From: Sminthopsis crassicaudata
Taxonomy: Eukaryota
DNA length: 64,000 bases
Assembly: GCF_048593235.1 (NCBI RefSeq)
Contig: NC_133617.1
Span: 61,031,767-61,095,766 of the forward strand
Reading direction: 5' to 3'
Program-made: the position numbers and the translations under genes
In this document: positions 26,235 to 38,462 of the stretch, piece by piece
Numbering within the stretch: the first letter of the stretch is position 1
Layout of the letters: each line of letters starts with the position of its first letter
The notes under the pieces: model-generated
The model's input: only the letters and a program-made list of their open reading frames with translations
Database searches by the model: none
Told to the model about the DNA's origin: nothing

Positions 26235-27182
26235 ATGAAGTTGGAAAATGAGACATGGATAGTGAAAGAATTTGTGCTTGTGGGGTTTTCCAATCTTCCA
26301 GATCTGAAGGTTACTCTCTTCACTCTCTTCTTGCTCATGTACTTGATCACACTCAGTGGCAATGTCACTATCATTACCATCATCTACCTGGATCACACCC
26401 TCCACACTCCCATGTATTGCTTCTTAGGGGTCCTGTCCCTCTCAGAGACTTGCTACACTCTGGTCACCATTCCCAACATGCTGGTCCACCTGTTGATAGA
26501 AAACCATGTCATCTCCATTCCTAGTTGTAGGACCCAGATGTTCTTTTTTCTTGGCTTGGGCTGCAGTCATTGTTTCCTCCTCACCTTGATGGGCTATGAC
26601 CGGTATGTGGCCATCTGCCACCCACTCCGTTATGCAGTGATCATGAGGCCGTCTGTTTGTCTCTATCTGGGAAGCCTGGTCTTCTGCTCTGGATTTCTGG
26701 TGGCTGTCACTGAGACTTGTCTGATATTCTCCTCCTCCTTTTGCCACAGCAACCGAGTGGAACACTTCTTCTGTGACATTGCCCCTGTTCTCAAACTTAG
26801 TTGTACTCCAAGTGCAGCCAAGGCCCTGACTATTTTCTTCTTTAGTATGATCGTGGTGTTGGCCTCCTTCCTCCTCATTTTGCTCTCATATGCCTTCATT
26901 GTGGCTGCCATTGTGAAGATCCCTTCTGCTGCTGGACAGCGCAAAGCCTTCTCCACTTGTGTGTCTCATCTCACAGTGGTCATTGTGCACTTTGGATGTG
27001 CCTCAATCATCTATCTGAGACCAAAGTCAGGGAGCAACCCAGATCAGGACCGAATGGTGGCCGTGTTCTACACAGTGGTTACCCCATTGCTCAACCCTGT
27101 GGTGTACACCCTACGTAATAAGGAGGTTAGAGTAGCACTAAAGAGGACCTTGGGTCGCAAACTGAGGACCCAGAATGATTAA
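26235..27182 (+). CDS. Olfactory receptor, class II family-10 type, copy 2 (315 aa, intact)
   Basis: Same OR motifs; 12 aa differences from copy 1; acceptor AG at 26224-26225. Confidence 0.98.
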   Translation: MKLENETWIVKEFVLVGFSNLPDLKVTLFTLFLLMYLITLSGNVTIITIIYLDHTLHTPMYCFLGVLSLSETCYTLVTIPNMLVHLLIENHVISIPSCRTQMFFFLGLGCSHCFLLTLMGYDRYVAICHPLRYAVIMRPSVCLYLGSLVFCSGFLVAVTETCLIFSSSFCHSNRVEHFFCDIAPVLKLSCTPSAAKALTIFFFSMIVVLASFLLILLSYAFIVAAIVKIPSAAGQRKAFSTCVSHLTVVIVHFGCASIIYLRPKSGSNPDQDRMVAVFYTVVTPLLNPVVYTLRNKEVRVALKRTLGRKLRTQND

Positions 27183-27703
27183 TTGCTAGGATGAAGCTAG
27201 AAAAAGTAACAAAGCAATACTCCAATTTCAAAAGGGACTCATGTACCCAAATTCAGCTGGGTGGACAGCTTTAATTGTCCCAGGGTTCCAGTCAGATGTC
27301 AATTTAACTGGAGACCAATCTAAGACCACACCTTAACTAGAGGCCAGACATCTCAATTGCCTATCTCTAAACCCCTTTCCCATAATTCTAGAATGCTCAC
27401 ATCAGCAGATCATCCAGCTGTATAGTCTACTTCTGCATCCATATATTCCAAATTAATTAGCTTTGAAAGTGGCTTTGTTGAAGGAGCATGGATGTCATCA
27501 ATGCCCATAGCCTCCTCTACTTTCTTGTCATAATTTCATTGGCTGGGCATATGAACCATTAAGGGATCCAGGATGACTGTGCTTCATGCCAAACAGTTCA
27601 GAAAATCTTTGGAAGGAAGAGAAGCAACTTTTTACTGGCTTTAATCCAATGGGTGTGAAGATAGATACGATAGAGTTTGCATTCATGTCAACTCTTCCTC
27701 CCC

Positions 27704-28045
27704 TGTGAAGTCTGGGTTAGCTCCCTGGAGGCCTCGGAATCAGCTGGAGTCAGGATAAGCAAAAGTCCTTGGTCTTTAGGGGGAGAAGTGAAGGGGATGG
27801 ACAAAACTCCCACAAGCTCTCCACCAATCTCCCTTCTCCTAGTCTTCCTCCAAAGTGACTTTGGCTTGTCTCATTCCCCTACCTAATCTCTCCTACAATT
27901 ATCCGTACACACCAAAAGATTGAGCCAGCACGGAAAAGTGGGAATGGCCATTTTCCACGCCCATGCTAATAGAGTATATTGTCCAATATATAATTAGCCT
28001 TAAATGCTTGGCTATCTGATTACAGTACACCTATTCAGAGTTTCA
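27704..28045 (-). mobile_element. Solo ERV LTR (342 bp) in the 3' flank of OR copy 2
   Basis: TG..CA termini; absent from units 1 and 3; the minus strand ends in an LTR-like U5 (ctaaagaccaaggacttttgcttatcctgactcc..cttcaca). No clean TSD seen. Confidence 0.7.
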
Positions 28046-31000
28046 GCCTTTCACCCCCAGAATAGAGAAAGAACAAGAAACTGGAAAATTTTGATTAATA
28101 GTTTTTAAAATGTTATAGTACTTTAAAAAAAGATTGTAAATGTTTCTGATCATCTTTAGAATTCCTTTGAAAGGTGAAAGATGACTAGGATATGTAGCAA
28201 GTAAAATGCAAATAATAGAGAAACAGAGAAGCATAACAATATAACAGAGAAAATAACAAACAGAAACAGTTTCTCCAAGCAAAATGATAGTTTCTTAATA
28301 GTGAAGCATGAAGCTGTTAATAAAGGTGGTCAGACAGCCCCTCTCAATTAGGTGAAATTTTGGGGGAAACCCATTTTATTGAGCTACAAAATGGGAGGAT
28401 TTCTGGGTGGTTGGAGAATATCTCAATTAGCTTCACTAGTAAAAGGTGGCTTCTTTTCAGACGTGGAAGATGGTCACACCATGAAACAATTAAAGAACAT
28501 TAATTGTTTTATGGGCTTCAACTGCTTCTAGTAATCTTGGCTAGAAATTAGACCCCCCCAAGTCAGAACTACAAGATTAGCCATTCCTTTGGGGAAACCA
28601 AACCACACCTCCTTTTACAAGAAGAGACAACTGTGCATTGGAGAGGGACTCAACCAAAAACTATTTTTTGGAATGCAAAACAGGTGTCCCAGGGCTAAGT
28701 GAAAAGGGATGACAATGTCATTTGACCATTTCTGACTGGGAGAGACCACATTTCTGATTTTAACTGAGAAATGGAGCTTGGCAAAATGGAGAATAAGGAT
28801 TAATTACAGAATTAAAATCAATTATTAAATGATAACATCATAATTTTAGTTTTCTCCAGTGTGTTATGGCACAGAAAAGTCTCTAGTTGCAGTTAACAGA
28901 GGCATAGTAGAACCAGTCATCTTCCTTTAAGAGTAATTTCTTCCAAGACAGTTCAAATCCTAGCCTGCTTTCTTGATTGTTACTCACCTCACCCCTACCC
29001 CCAACTGCTAGTGCCTTCTTTTTGCCTTTTCTTTGTATCCCCAGTGCTTAGCACAATGCTTGGCCCCTAGATGCTTAACAAATATCAGTTGACTGACTGC
29101 TTCTGAGGAAGGAGTAACCTTCTGGATGAAAACACAAGCTAGAGATAGAGAAGAATCTCATAAATTCATGCCCAATGGAGCTGTAGCCGGCAGTGATGGC
29201 ACCAGGGACCCATACAGCAAGTTCAAAATTGCAGAAACTTCTCACAGAAACTTCATGCCACAAAGTGCCAGTGGTTGCAGGACCAGTAGAAAGAGTGTAT
29301 ATTCAAGGCCATCAGTAGCCTTGAGTTGTGAGTTGCTCCTCAATGTGTACTTTAGTCACATGTATTTTCTATGAGTATGCTTTTTGTTGCTATCATGGCC
29401 ATTCATGTTCCCTGCTTGTGTGACGCTTCTCTCCATGTGTTTTCCAATAACTCTATTTTTTCCATGGATAGTATTTATAGAATACAAACTCTTTGAGGGT
29501 AGGGGCTGTCTTATTTTTATCATTGCATCCTTATTCCCTAGCACATAATATGTACTCAGTCAATGCTTGTTGAAGGAACAGAATTGAAGATTGAATTGAA
29601 TTGTGGATTTATGAATTTACTTCAGATTAATGGGGGAAATGTTTATTATTTCTTAACTTATTATATTATTTTATTAAATACCTTGGATTTTAATACCTTT
29701 GGCTAACTTACAAAAGATAAAAACATTAGTAAGGGCTCACTTGTGCCATAATTTTAGTTAGATATAATCAATCAAACAATTAAAATTTATTAAATACCTA
29801 TTATGTGCCAAGAACTGTGCTAAGTGCTAGAAACATTTTTTTAAAATAGGAAAAGAGAGTTTCTTATCTCAAGAGTTTGGAATATAATGTACAAAGCAAT
29901 ATGTAAACATATATATAATAAGCTATGTACTGGAAATAATTAATATAGGGAAGGCAGTAGAATTAAGGAGGGGTGGGGAGGCTTTCTTGATGGAATTTTA
30001 GTTGGAACTTAAAAGAAACTGGAGAGATCAATAATTGGAGAGGAAGAGAAATAGGTCACAACCAGAGAAAATGCTGAAGCCAAGCAATAGAGTGCTTGGA
30101 TTGTGGAACAGTCAGGAGACAATTGTTATAAGATCAAGGAGTAAAGAATATTTTGAACTTGGAGAAATTAAAACTACTACCATATACGAGTAGAAGTATA
30201 TTATCTATACCGGCAAAACATTTTTAAAACAGTGAGCATTTCACCTCAGCTGGAAGCTAAGGGAGCCACTATTAGTTTCAATAAGGGGAAATAGATTTGT
30301 GAGACATTGGGATATGAGATCTTTTCAGAATTCCTCTCTTTTCTCTTCCTTTGTTATTGGGAGTGACATTATTGGTCATACAAGAAGGGAACAGAGAATG
30401 GCTATGGATAGGCTCTAGTTCTTTCCTGTTTTGCAACAGAATAGCCCACTAATTCTGGGAATCAAGGTTATAGATTTCCATGCAAGAGAGACTTTACATG
30501 AACACTTTGGCTACTGAAGTTAGGAAGAATTGTGACAGTTGGACTCTGTAGCCCCTTTCCACCATGTGAGTGGACAATGGCAAACATGGGGAGTTGGTTC
30601 TGTGTTCTGTCAGTATCCACTATTTATGCCTCTATATTATCACTAGAATTAGTGATAGGATTGCTGAGGCCAGATTGTGACTGGTAACAGTAGTCATGCC
30701 TTAAAACTCTACCTGTTATGATTAGGACCAGTGGAAGAAGGAACTAGATCAGAGTGGAAACAGAAGCAGGGACTCTGACCACTTGACAAGTGGCTCAAGT
30801 ATAGTAGCATCTTGTGGGAAATTTACATACTGCATTCCCTTTTTGGAGAATTTATAAAGTGACACCTTATCTTCCTATATACTTAAGTAGGGCAGCTGAT
30901 GTGGGCTTTATATGTCAATATAATACCCAAGTGTCACATGGGGTACATCAAATCCTCTATGTAATCTATGTCTATGCACATTTAAACATAGTTTAAAATA

Positions 31001-31223
31001 GCTTGTCATTAAAATAATACACTGGTAAAATAAAATTTAAAAATGTGATTTAATGTTTTAAGATTTAATTGACAGAATGCTTAGTAATAGAACAAGATGG
31101 ATATTCAAAAATCCAGGGAAACAGTCAAGAAAACTCATTTCTGAATGCTGATTTCTGAAGACAGTGAAATGATAGTTTCCATTTGAGCAATTAAGGCAGT
31201 GTTTTTAGTGATCCCAGCCTTCT

Positions 31224-31716
31224 TGTTGCACCACAGTTTCCCTAATTGTCCTGCCTCAGTTTCCCTAATTTTTTCTGCCTCAGTTTCCCTTAATTGTTCT
31301 GCCTCAATCCCCTTAGTTGCAAATCCCCCCTCTGGTTCATTAGGACTGATATAACTCAGGGCTAGTTACTCTAAAGTTATAAATTGTAAATGTGTAAACT
31401 CAAGATAAGGAGGAGTTCAGACTTCGTGGCTCCTAACTCCTCCTAAGTCATCAAGAATTTATGGTTTTACCCCTTAAACTGTCAGAACCGGATTGATAGT
31501 CCCTGCCTGGAGATTCCTGCTCACTAGAGTTCACCACCCTTTGTTTTAGATCCCAGAGTTTGGAGCCAAGGATATATATGTCATTGAGAACTCTGCATGA
31601 TTTGGACATCAGCCCTGAGGGGATCATGCCCTCAGCACAATCTCTCACTCAGAAATCCAAATAAAATATTAAAAACTCTCTAATATCTATCTTGCCTCAG
31701 TTTCTCTGGTATTACA
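31224..31716 (+). mobile_element. Solo ERV LTR (493 bp, 4-bp TSD, ERV1-like)
   Basis: TG..CA; TSD ttct at 31220-31223 / 31717-31720; U3 tandem repeats ctgcctcagtttccc; TATA-like gatatatat ~31572; AATAAA 31660-31665; empty site in units 1 and 2. Confidence 0.92.
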
Positions 31717-34700
31717 TTCTCACTTCTTCAAAAGATCATGCTGAAATAAGCAGTACTCTCATAGTGATACTGTGTGATTGAGTTTTTAAAAAAGCTTTTT
31801 CTCATTGACTTAAGTAAGTCAGACTCTGGGGCCTGTGGGAGAGTATCCTGGAGTACAAAGTTTTTTTTCCCCTTCTAGCTTTTGATCATGTAAATCCCAG
31901 GAACAAAACCACAAGTAGTGCTTCTATCATTCTTAGCTCCTCAGGGAGAGGTTTTCTAGTGAGCCTAATCCCTCTGAGATAGAATTTTCTTTACCTTCCT
32001 CCTAAGAACCATGCATACAATGAGACTCTTAATTTGTGCCCATCTATTCCAAATAACAAAGAGTCCCCTCAGGAAGAGAACCTGGAGGGAAAACAGAAAT
32101 ATCTTGCCATTCTCCTTCAAAGGTAAGTCTGGGCTCTTAAACAGGTCAGGCACAAATGGAGGGGACTAGACCAGTTATTCCTGAAGATAATAAAGTTTAT
32201 GAAAACCCTAATAGTTCTTTAGGAAAGACCTGGCAACTAAATCACAAAGAACAAAAGCATCAATGAGCTATCGTACCTGTACTCTCCTGGAGGTGAGGGT
32301 CCAAGCTCTGGCCAGACAAATGTCCAGACAAATTCTCCTCTTAACTTTCCAAGGATATCCCTGAGGTTGAGAAGATGCTTCCTTGGCATAGCCTTGACTC
32401 ACTCAGTTCAAGGTTAAAAAGGAGAAGTCCATAGTTAAATGAGATTTAGATTTGGATAAGACCATATCCACATACCACATACCACATCTAGCCCAAACCC
32501 ATCATAAATTGCAGACCAAAGGGAGGAAGTGACTTGTCCAAGATTGTGCAACTAGTGAGTGTAGACCTGGGCTTTGAATCCACACTCTAGAACATAATAG
32601 GTCAACCCAAAGTGAAACAGAACAGAAAACAAGCAAAAAGAAAAGCTGTTCAGGCCTTGCTCTACAAGATGGGATGGAATGATGTTGTTACAGAGACACC
32701 AATATCCACTCCTTCCCAGGTCTTCATTTTTTCTTGACCTCCAAGGGTTTTGGCTGGCTGTCCTCCATCCATGGAATGCTCTATAAGCTCATCCCTATGA
32801 CCTAGCTTCCCTGGCCACTTTCAAGTCTCAGCTTAGTGTCTTACTTTTGCAAGAGGCCTTTCCCTGTCCTTAATCTCAGTGCCTTCAACTTGTCCCTCAG
32901 CAACTTGTCCCACCTACATCTCATTCATACATAGTTGTTAGCATGTAGTCTCTCCCATTAGACCTTGAACTCACTTTGGTCAGGGACTCCCACCCCAGCT
33001 CATTTTCCTCTCCCCCATCAACAATCTTTTTATGCTCTAAGGGCACAGTGCCTGGCACATTGTAGGTGCTTGATAAATGATAATTGACTATTTAAAAGAC
33101 TGGATTTGGAGTAAGCTTAAGTTCCAAGCCTTTTCATTGACTAGCTATAGAAATGACTGTCACCTATCTGTCTAGAGACCTCAGTTTTCTTATCTGCACT
33201 AGTAGGACAATAATAATTGCACCACCTGCTTAGAGAGGTGGTATGAATTTCAAGTGAAATACTCAAAAAGTGCTTTGTAAATCTTAAAATGCTATAAGCA
33301 TGCAAACTGTTATTATCATAATTATTTCTAATTTAAACTTGGAAAGATGGTTAACACCTCTCCCCACTTTTTCCTTTTATGCAGGAAAAATTTTCAGTTA
33401 GGCCTAGCCATCCCTCTTTTTGCCCTTTACAGCCAGGAAGACCTAGATTCAACTTCTATTCACCTCTGACACATACTGACTGTGTGACTCTAGAAAAGTT
33501 ATTTCAGCATCCTAGGTAATACTTTAAGATGATTTTCAGAGCAAGTGTTTTGGCAAAATTTTAGGACCAAGAAATTCTTAAGTCTAGGTCATATTTCTAT
33601 CCCTATGGTTTTGATAATAGTACTATCCACAATGTCCTATAATTCATGTCCAAAGGAGACTGAGTTTAAAGGCTTTCTAACCTGCTAAATAAGAAATAGA
33701 GATGATATCCCAGTCCTATCCACAACATTTTTATCCCCAGCCCTACATTGAGAATCTACATTCATAAACCCCAATCCCTTTCATTTTTCTAGTAGTGGTT
33801 CCTTAGCATCACTTACTCCTTTCCCACAAGAGTCCCCTTCCCTTGTCAGAGTTTGGAAGGCAATAAAGATTCTCATCACCAAGAAAGAAAAACTGAGACA
33901 TACATAGGTAAATGTCTGACTCCCAGCCACCCAAATTCTCTAAGATGGAACTTCTTATTACTGAAGTCAAAGGAAGTGTGGCTCTCTCTAGAAGGAATGG
34001 CACTGAATATTTTCTACCCTCCCTTATCCAGCAGCTAAAGTAGGCAGCTTTTGCCTCTGGGCCATTAGTCCTTTTTACCTTTCACATTGTAGCTTCGGGC
34101 TGTCTTTATTAGGGGAATGGGAAGACCTGGTTTGAATCCTAGTTTGGGCAAGTCATTTCATGGCTCCCAGTCTGTTTCTTTCCCTGTAAAGCCAGGGTAG
34201 TAATACATTTTGCTTCTGTGATTATTTCAGTTGCCTTTTTCTGAGCTCTCTTCCATTTCATTCTGTTTCTTCTTAAGTAGACTCCAGGTGTGGAGTTTTT
34301 ATACAGAGGGAGAAAGATAATTTTTTGTTTCTTCCTGATACCCTTTTGGATGTCTAACATTTGGGGAGACTGATGGGAATGAATGCTACATTGAGTTTCT
34401 CTTTGTTTTTGTTGTTTTTCAGCCATGCTTGACTCTTTGTGACCCTATTTGGGCTTTTCTTGATAAGGGTGCTGGAGTGGTTTGACATTTTTTTCTCTAT
34501 CTCATCTTACAAATGAGGCAGTTGAGGCAGACAGGATAAAGTGACTTGCGCAGAGTCACACAGCTAGGTATCTGAGGCCAGATTTGAACTCAGGAAGATG
34601 AGACTTCCTGACTTCTAGGATTGGCATTCTATCCACTGTGCCACATAAGTGCCCTTTCAAAATCCTAACTGATATCTGGAAGCCTATCATATTATAAGTA

Positions 34701-37700
34701 GTATATATTCTTTTCCCTGCTGGCCTTTCTTATCTTTGTATTTTCTTTCCTATAAATTTTCAGCCTAGTGCCATGAGATCTTCTAAAGTTTATACCTGCA
34801 GGTTCTACTTTTTATCCAAAAAGGGAGCTTAGTTTTTATTTGAAAAGCTGGAAAATTTCTACTTCTTCCAGATCTATTAAAAATAAAAACATTAAATGAA
34901 AAAGATCTAACATCAATCTTTGGACAACCAAATTTATACCATGATATAAACTGGATACCTGTCTTCCCTCACCGTTATATAATAACTTTTCAATCCCTTG
35001 CAATCTGGATTCTGGCCCAACAATTTTGGGTAAACCATTCTTTCTTACTGAGTTACTGAGTCATCTTATGATAAATTACTGAGGATCTTCTAATTGCCAA
35101 ATCTGATGGCAGCTCTTGGCTTTCATCCTTCTTTACTCCTCTGCAATTTTTGATCCAGTTGGCCACCCAATCTCCCTGACTAATCTCTTTTCCCCTTGGC
35201 CTCCATGACATCATCCCATTGTTCTCCTACCTGTCTAATTGCTCCCTTTTTGTCTCTTCTTGATGCTGGGTAATCATCCATCTCCCTTTCTCTTAGCTAT
35301 CAGGGGCATAGAGAGAGCCCTGAACTCAAGTTGTGCTTTAGATACTGATAGTGATGAAGCACAAAATCTCTTTCAGTCTCATTTCCATGGAATATCTATA
35401 AAAGGACTTTTCTCCCAGGGCTGTTATGAGCATCAAATTAAATAATACATGTAAAGTACTTTGCAAACCTTAAAGCCTCTTGGGAGTTTTTCTTTTTGGG
35501 CTTTGTCTTTTTTTCTTCCATAATCTTTTAGAGATTTATCAGCACCTGTGGGTTCAAATATTCCTTCTGTGCAGATGACTTTCATATATGTGTCACCCTC
35601 CTCCAAATTTCCATTTTTCTATTGTCTCAATTCTCTCTCTTGCCCACACTGCCATATTAACCTCAAATGGATCTATTTCCTTATAGTTTCTCTACTTTCT
35701 AGTGCATACTTCATGTAGTTGCTAAAAGCACAGGCCTTATCATCTCCACCCCTCTTTCAAAAGTCTCCAATAGCTCCCCATTGCCTAGACATAAAACAGA
35801 AGGATTTCCCTAGCCTGGCACTTAAGGTCTCCTATAACCTGCAGATTCCTATCTACCTTTCCAACATTTTTATGCTGTTTCCCTTAAGAAATTCAACATT
35901 CTAGCCAAATCAGATGATGGGAATTTCCCCAATTACAATACTTCATCTCTTATCTCCATGCATGAACAAAAATTGTTTCTTAGCTTGCAATGCCCTCCCT
36001 CCTCACTCTGGCTTCTTAGAATCCATGTCTTCCTTCAAAGTTTAACTCAACAATTGCTTTCCTGATATTACTACTAATACTGTTACCTCTCTCTATTTTT
36101 CTTGTATGATACTTATTGATGTATACGTATGTTGTTGTAGAATATAAGCTTTTGGAGGCAGGGATACCATTTTATTTTTTGTGTCCCTAGCACCTGGCAA
36201 AAAATAACCAAAGTATTACATGCTACATGCCAGAGAGAAGTGAAACCCAAACTGCTTTATGAAGTCTTCAGAGGAAGATCCCATTACTAACTCGGGGACA
36301 AGAGGAACTAGGGAAGTCTTCTTGGAGGCTATAGCATTTTGATTTGTCTTTAAAGGATTTCTAGTTCTATAAGTTGAAATCAAGAGGGAACAGTTTAATT
36401 AAAGTCAGAGAGGCAGAAGAGACCAGTGAATGTTTGAGAGGAAAGAACTGTTCAATTTACCTAATAACAAGAAAGCTGACATTTATATAGAACCTTGCGA
36501 CTGTCAGAATACTTTAAATTATCTCACCTTCACAATAAGTACATGAAGCAGGTGCCAGTTTTACAATTGGATAGCTGAGTTTCAGAGAGATTAAGAGATT
36601 CTTTTAGGATTTCCCAACCACTAATGTGCCATTCAAACCAGGGTCTATGTGATTCTAAGTAAGAAACATCATTCATCTGGCCACACTGCTAGACTATACA
36701 TAGAAACAAAGGGTATAAAGAAGAAGAAGAAGAGAATAAAATTATCTTAGAAAATTAGAGTAGCATCACATTGTAGAGGTACATGAATGAAGGAAGGTTT
36801 GGGTAAATGCTTAACAATCCATTAAAAAAAAAAAGAAAGAAAAAAGAATAAAAGAAAGAAAAAATAAAGAAAATGTATTTGTTATACTTTTAATGTTATG
36901 AGCATTGTTAACACTTTATCTATTACTTTCTTTGTCTAGACAATCAACATAACAAATCATTAGTGTTGTAACATTTCCCAATTTCTGAGGTATAAATAAC
37001 AATGGCTCCAGCACATCCCATTTCAATATCAGACAAAGTAATTCCCCAAGCTCTAGGGAGACAGTGAAGAATTTTGATGGAAGAGGTGTGATATAAGCAG
37101 AATCGATGAATAAGAAAGATTGGCAGCATAAAAGATCTAAGGGATTGAGAGCAGAGGCAAGGGGAACCTTTGAGGAATCCATTGCAAAAGTCAAGGTGGG
37201 AGGGTCAGGAAGGTCAGGTACAAGTGGAGGTAATGGAAACAGATAAGAGAGGTAGATGGATGAGGTATTATCAACAGATACCTGATGGAAAGTTAGAGGG
37301 GACCAAAAGGGAAGTCAGAGAATCTCAGGTGAAAGATGGTGACTGGAGCAGGTTCACAGTGAAGTCAGGAAGGGAGGCAGTTTTTGAGAGAGAGACTTAA
37401 TGAGCTTAGATTTGAACATGTTGGCTTTGTGATCCTGGGGGTTATCTAGGAAGAGATGGTCCTAATGTAGCTGAAGATTCAGGTCCAGCAGAAGAGGAGT
37501 CAGGACTAGAAATGTAGATTTGGGAGTCTTTTCAATAGATATGGTAGCTGAAGACTACTGAAAGGGGACGGATTGAGGTCACCAAAGAAGAGAAGGAAGG
37601 AAACAATAAATGCCTAGTATGTGTTGGGTACAATGCTTAGTGCTTTATAAATATCATCTCCTTTAATCCTCATAGCAACTCTGGGGAGATAGGAGCTATT

Positions 37701-38058
37701 ATTATCCCCATTTTAAAGGGTCACATAGCAGGAGGTATCAGAGGCCAGATTTGAAATCAGGTGTTCCTGACTCTAGGCTCTGGATTTTATCCACTGTGCT
37801 ACCTCTAGAACAGACAAAGAAAAGAGGAGAGGACCATGGATAGACACTTGAGAAATACTCACATTAAAGGATTTAGACAAGAATGAAGATGCATTTTAAG
37901 TAAAAGGAAAGACATGAGTTGAGAGGTAGGAGAACCAGAGGGTCTTCTTGAAGCCAAGAAAGGAGACAGAGAGTTCTTCATCAAAAGGGAGTGATCAACA
38001 GTGTTGAAAGCTACAGGAAAATCAAGAAGGATAGGACTGAGAAAAAGGTGAAAAATCC

Positions 38059-38208
38059 ATCTACCTGCCATGTGGGGGAGGAATTGGGGGGAAGAAGGGG
38101 AAAAGTTGAAACAGAAGATTTTGCCTGGGTTAATGCTGAAAAATTACCCATGGATATGTCTTGTAAATAAAAAGCTATAATAAAAAATAAAATAAAAATA
38201 AAAATTTT
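38059..38208 (+). mobile_element. Short LINE-1 3' end, private to unit 3
   Basis: L1 terminus with A-rich tail; imperfect TSD aaaa(a/g)ggtgaaaaatcc. Confidence 0.8.
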
Positions 38209-38426
38209 AAAAAGGGTGAAAAAAATCCCATTATTAGATGCCATTCATTGTATACCTTAGAAAAGGTAGATCTAGTCATGCTAGGAGCAGAAGTCCTATC
38301 TCAAGAGGTTTAGGAAGAGTGTCACTGTGAGGGAGTAGAGGTAGCCAGTAGAGAAAATGTGTGTCAAAATTGCTGAAAATATCTTATACCTGGATTAGAT
38401 AGGGGAGTCAGAGGAGGGTTTTAAGC

Positions 38427-38462
38427 TTTTCTTTTCTTTTCTTTTCTTTTCTTTTCTTTTTT
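38427..38462. repeat. (CTTTT)n microsatellite
   Basis: Direct reading; the paralogous site at ~21249 is a plain T-run. Confidence 0.9.

Larger units (their letters stand above)
14004..31165. repeat. Tandem segmental duplication unit 2 (contains OR copy 2)
   Basis: Colinear with units 1 and 3 apart from insertions and one inversion. Confidence 0.9.
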
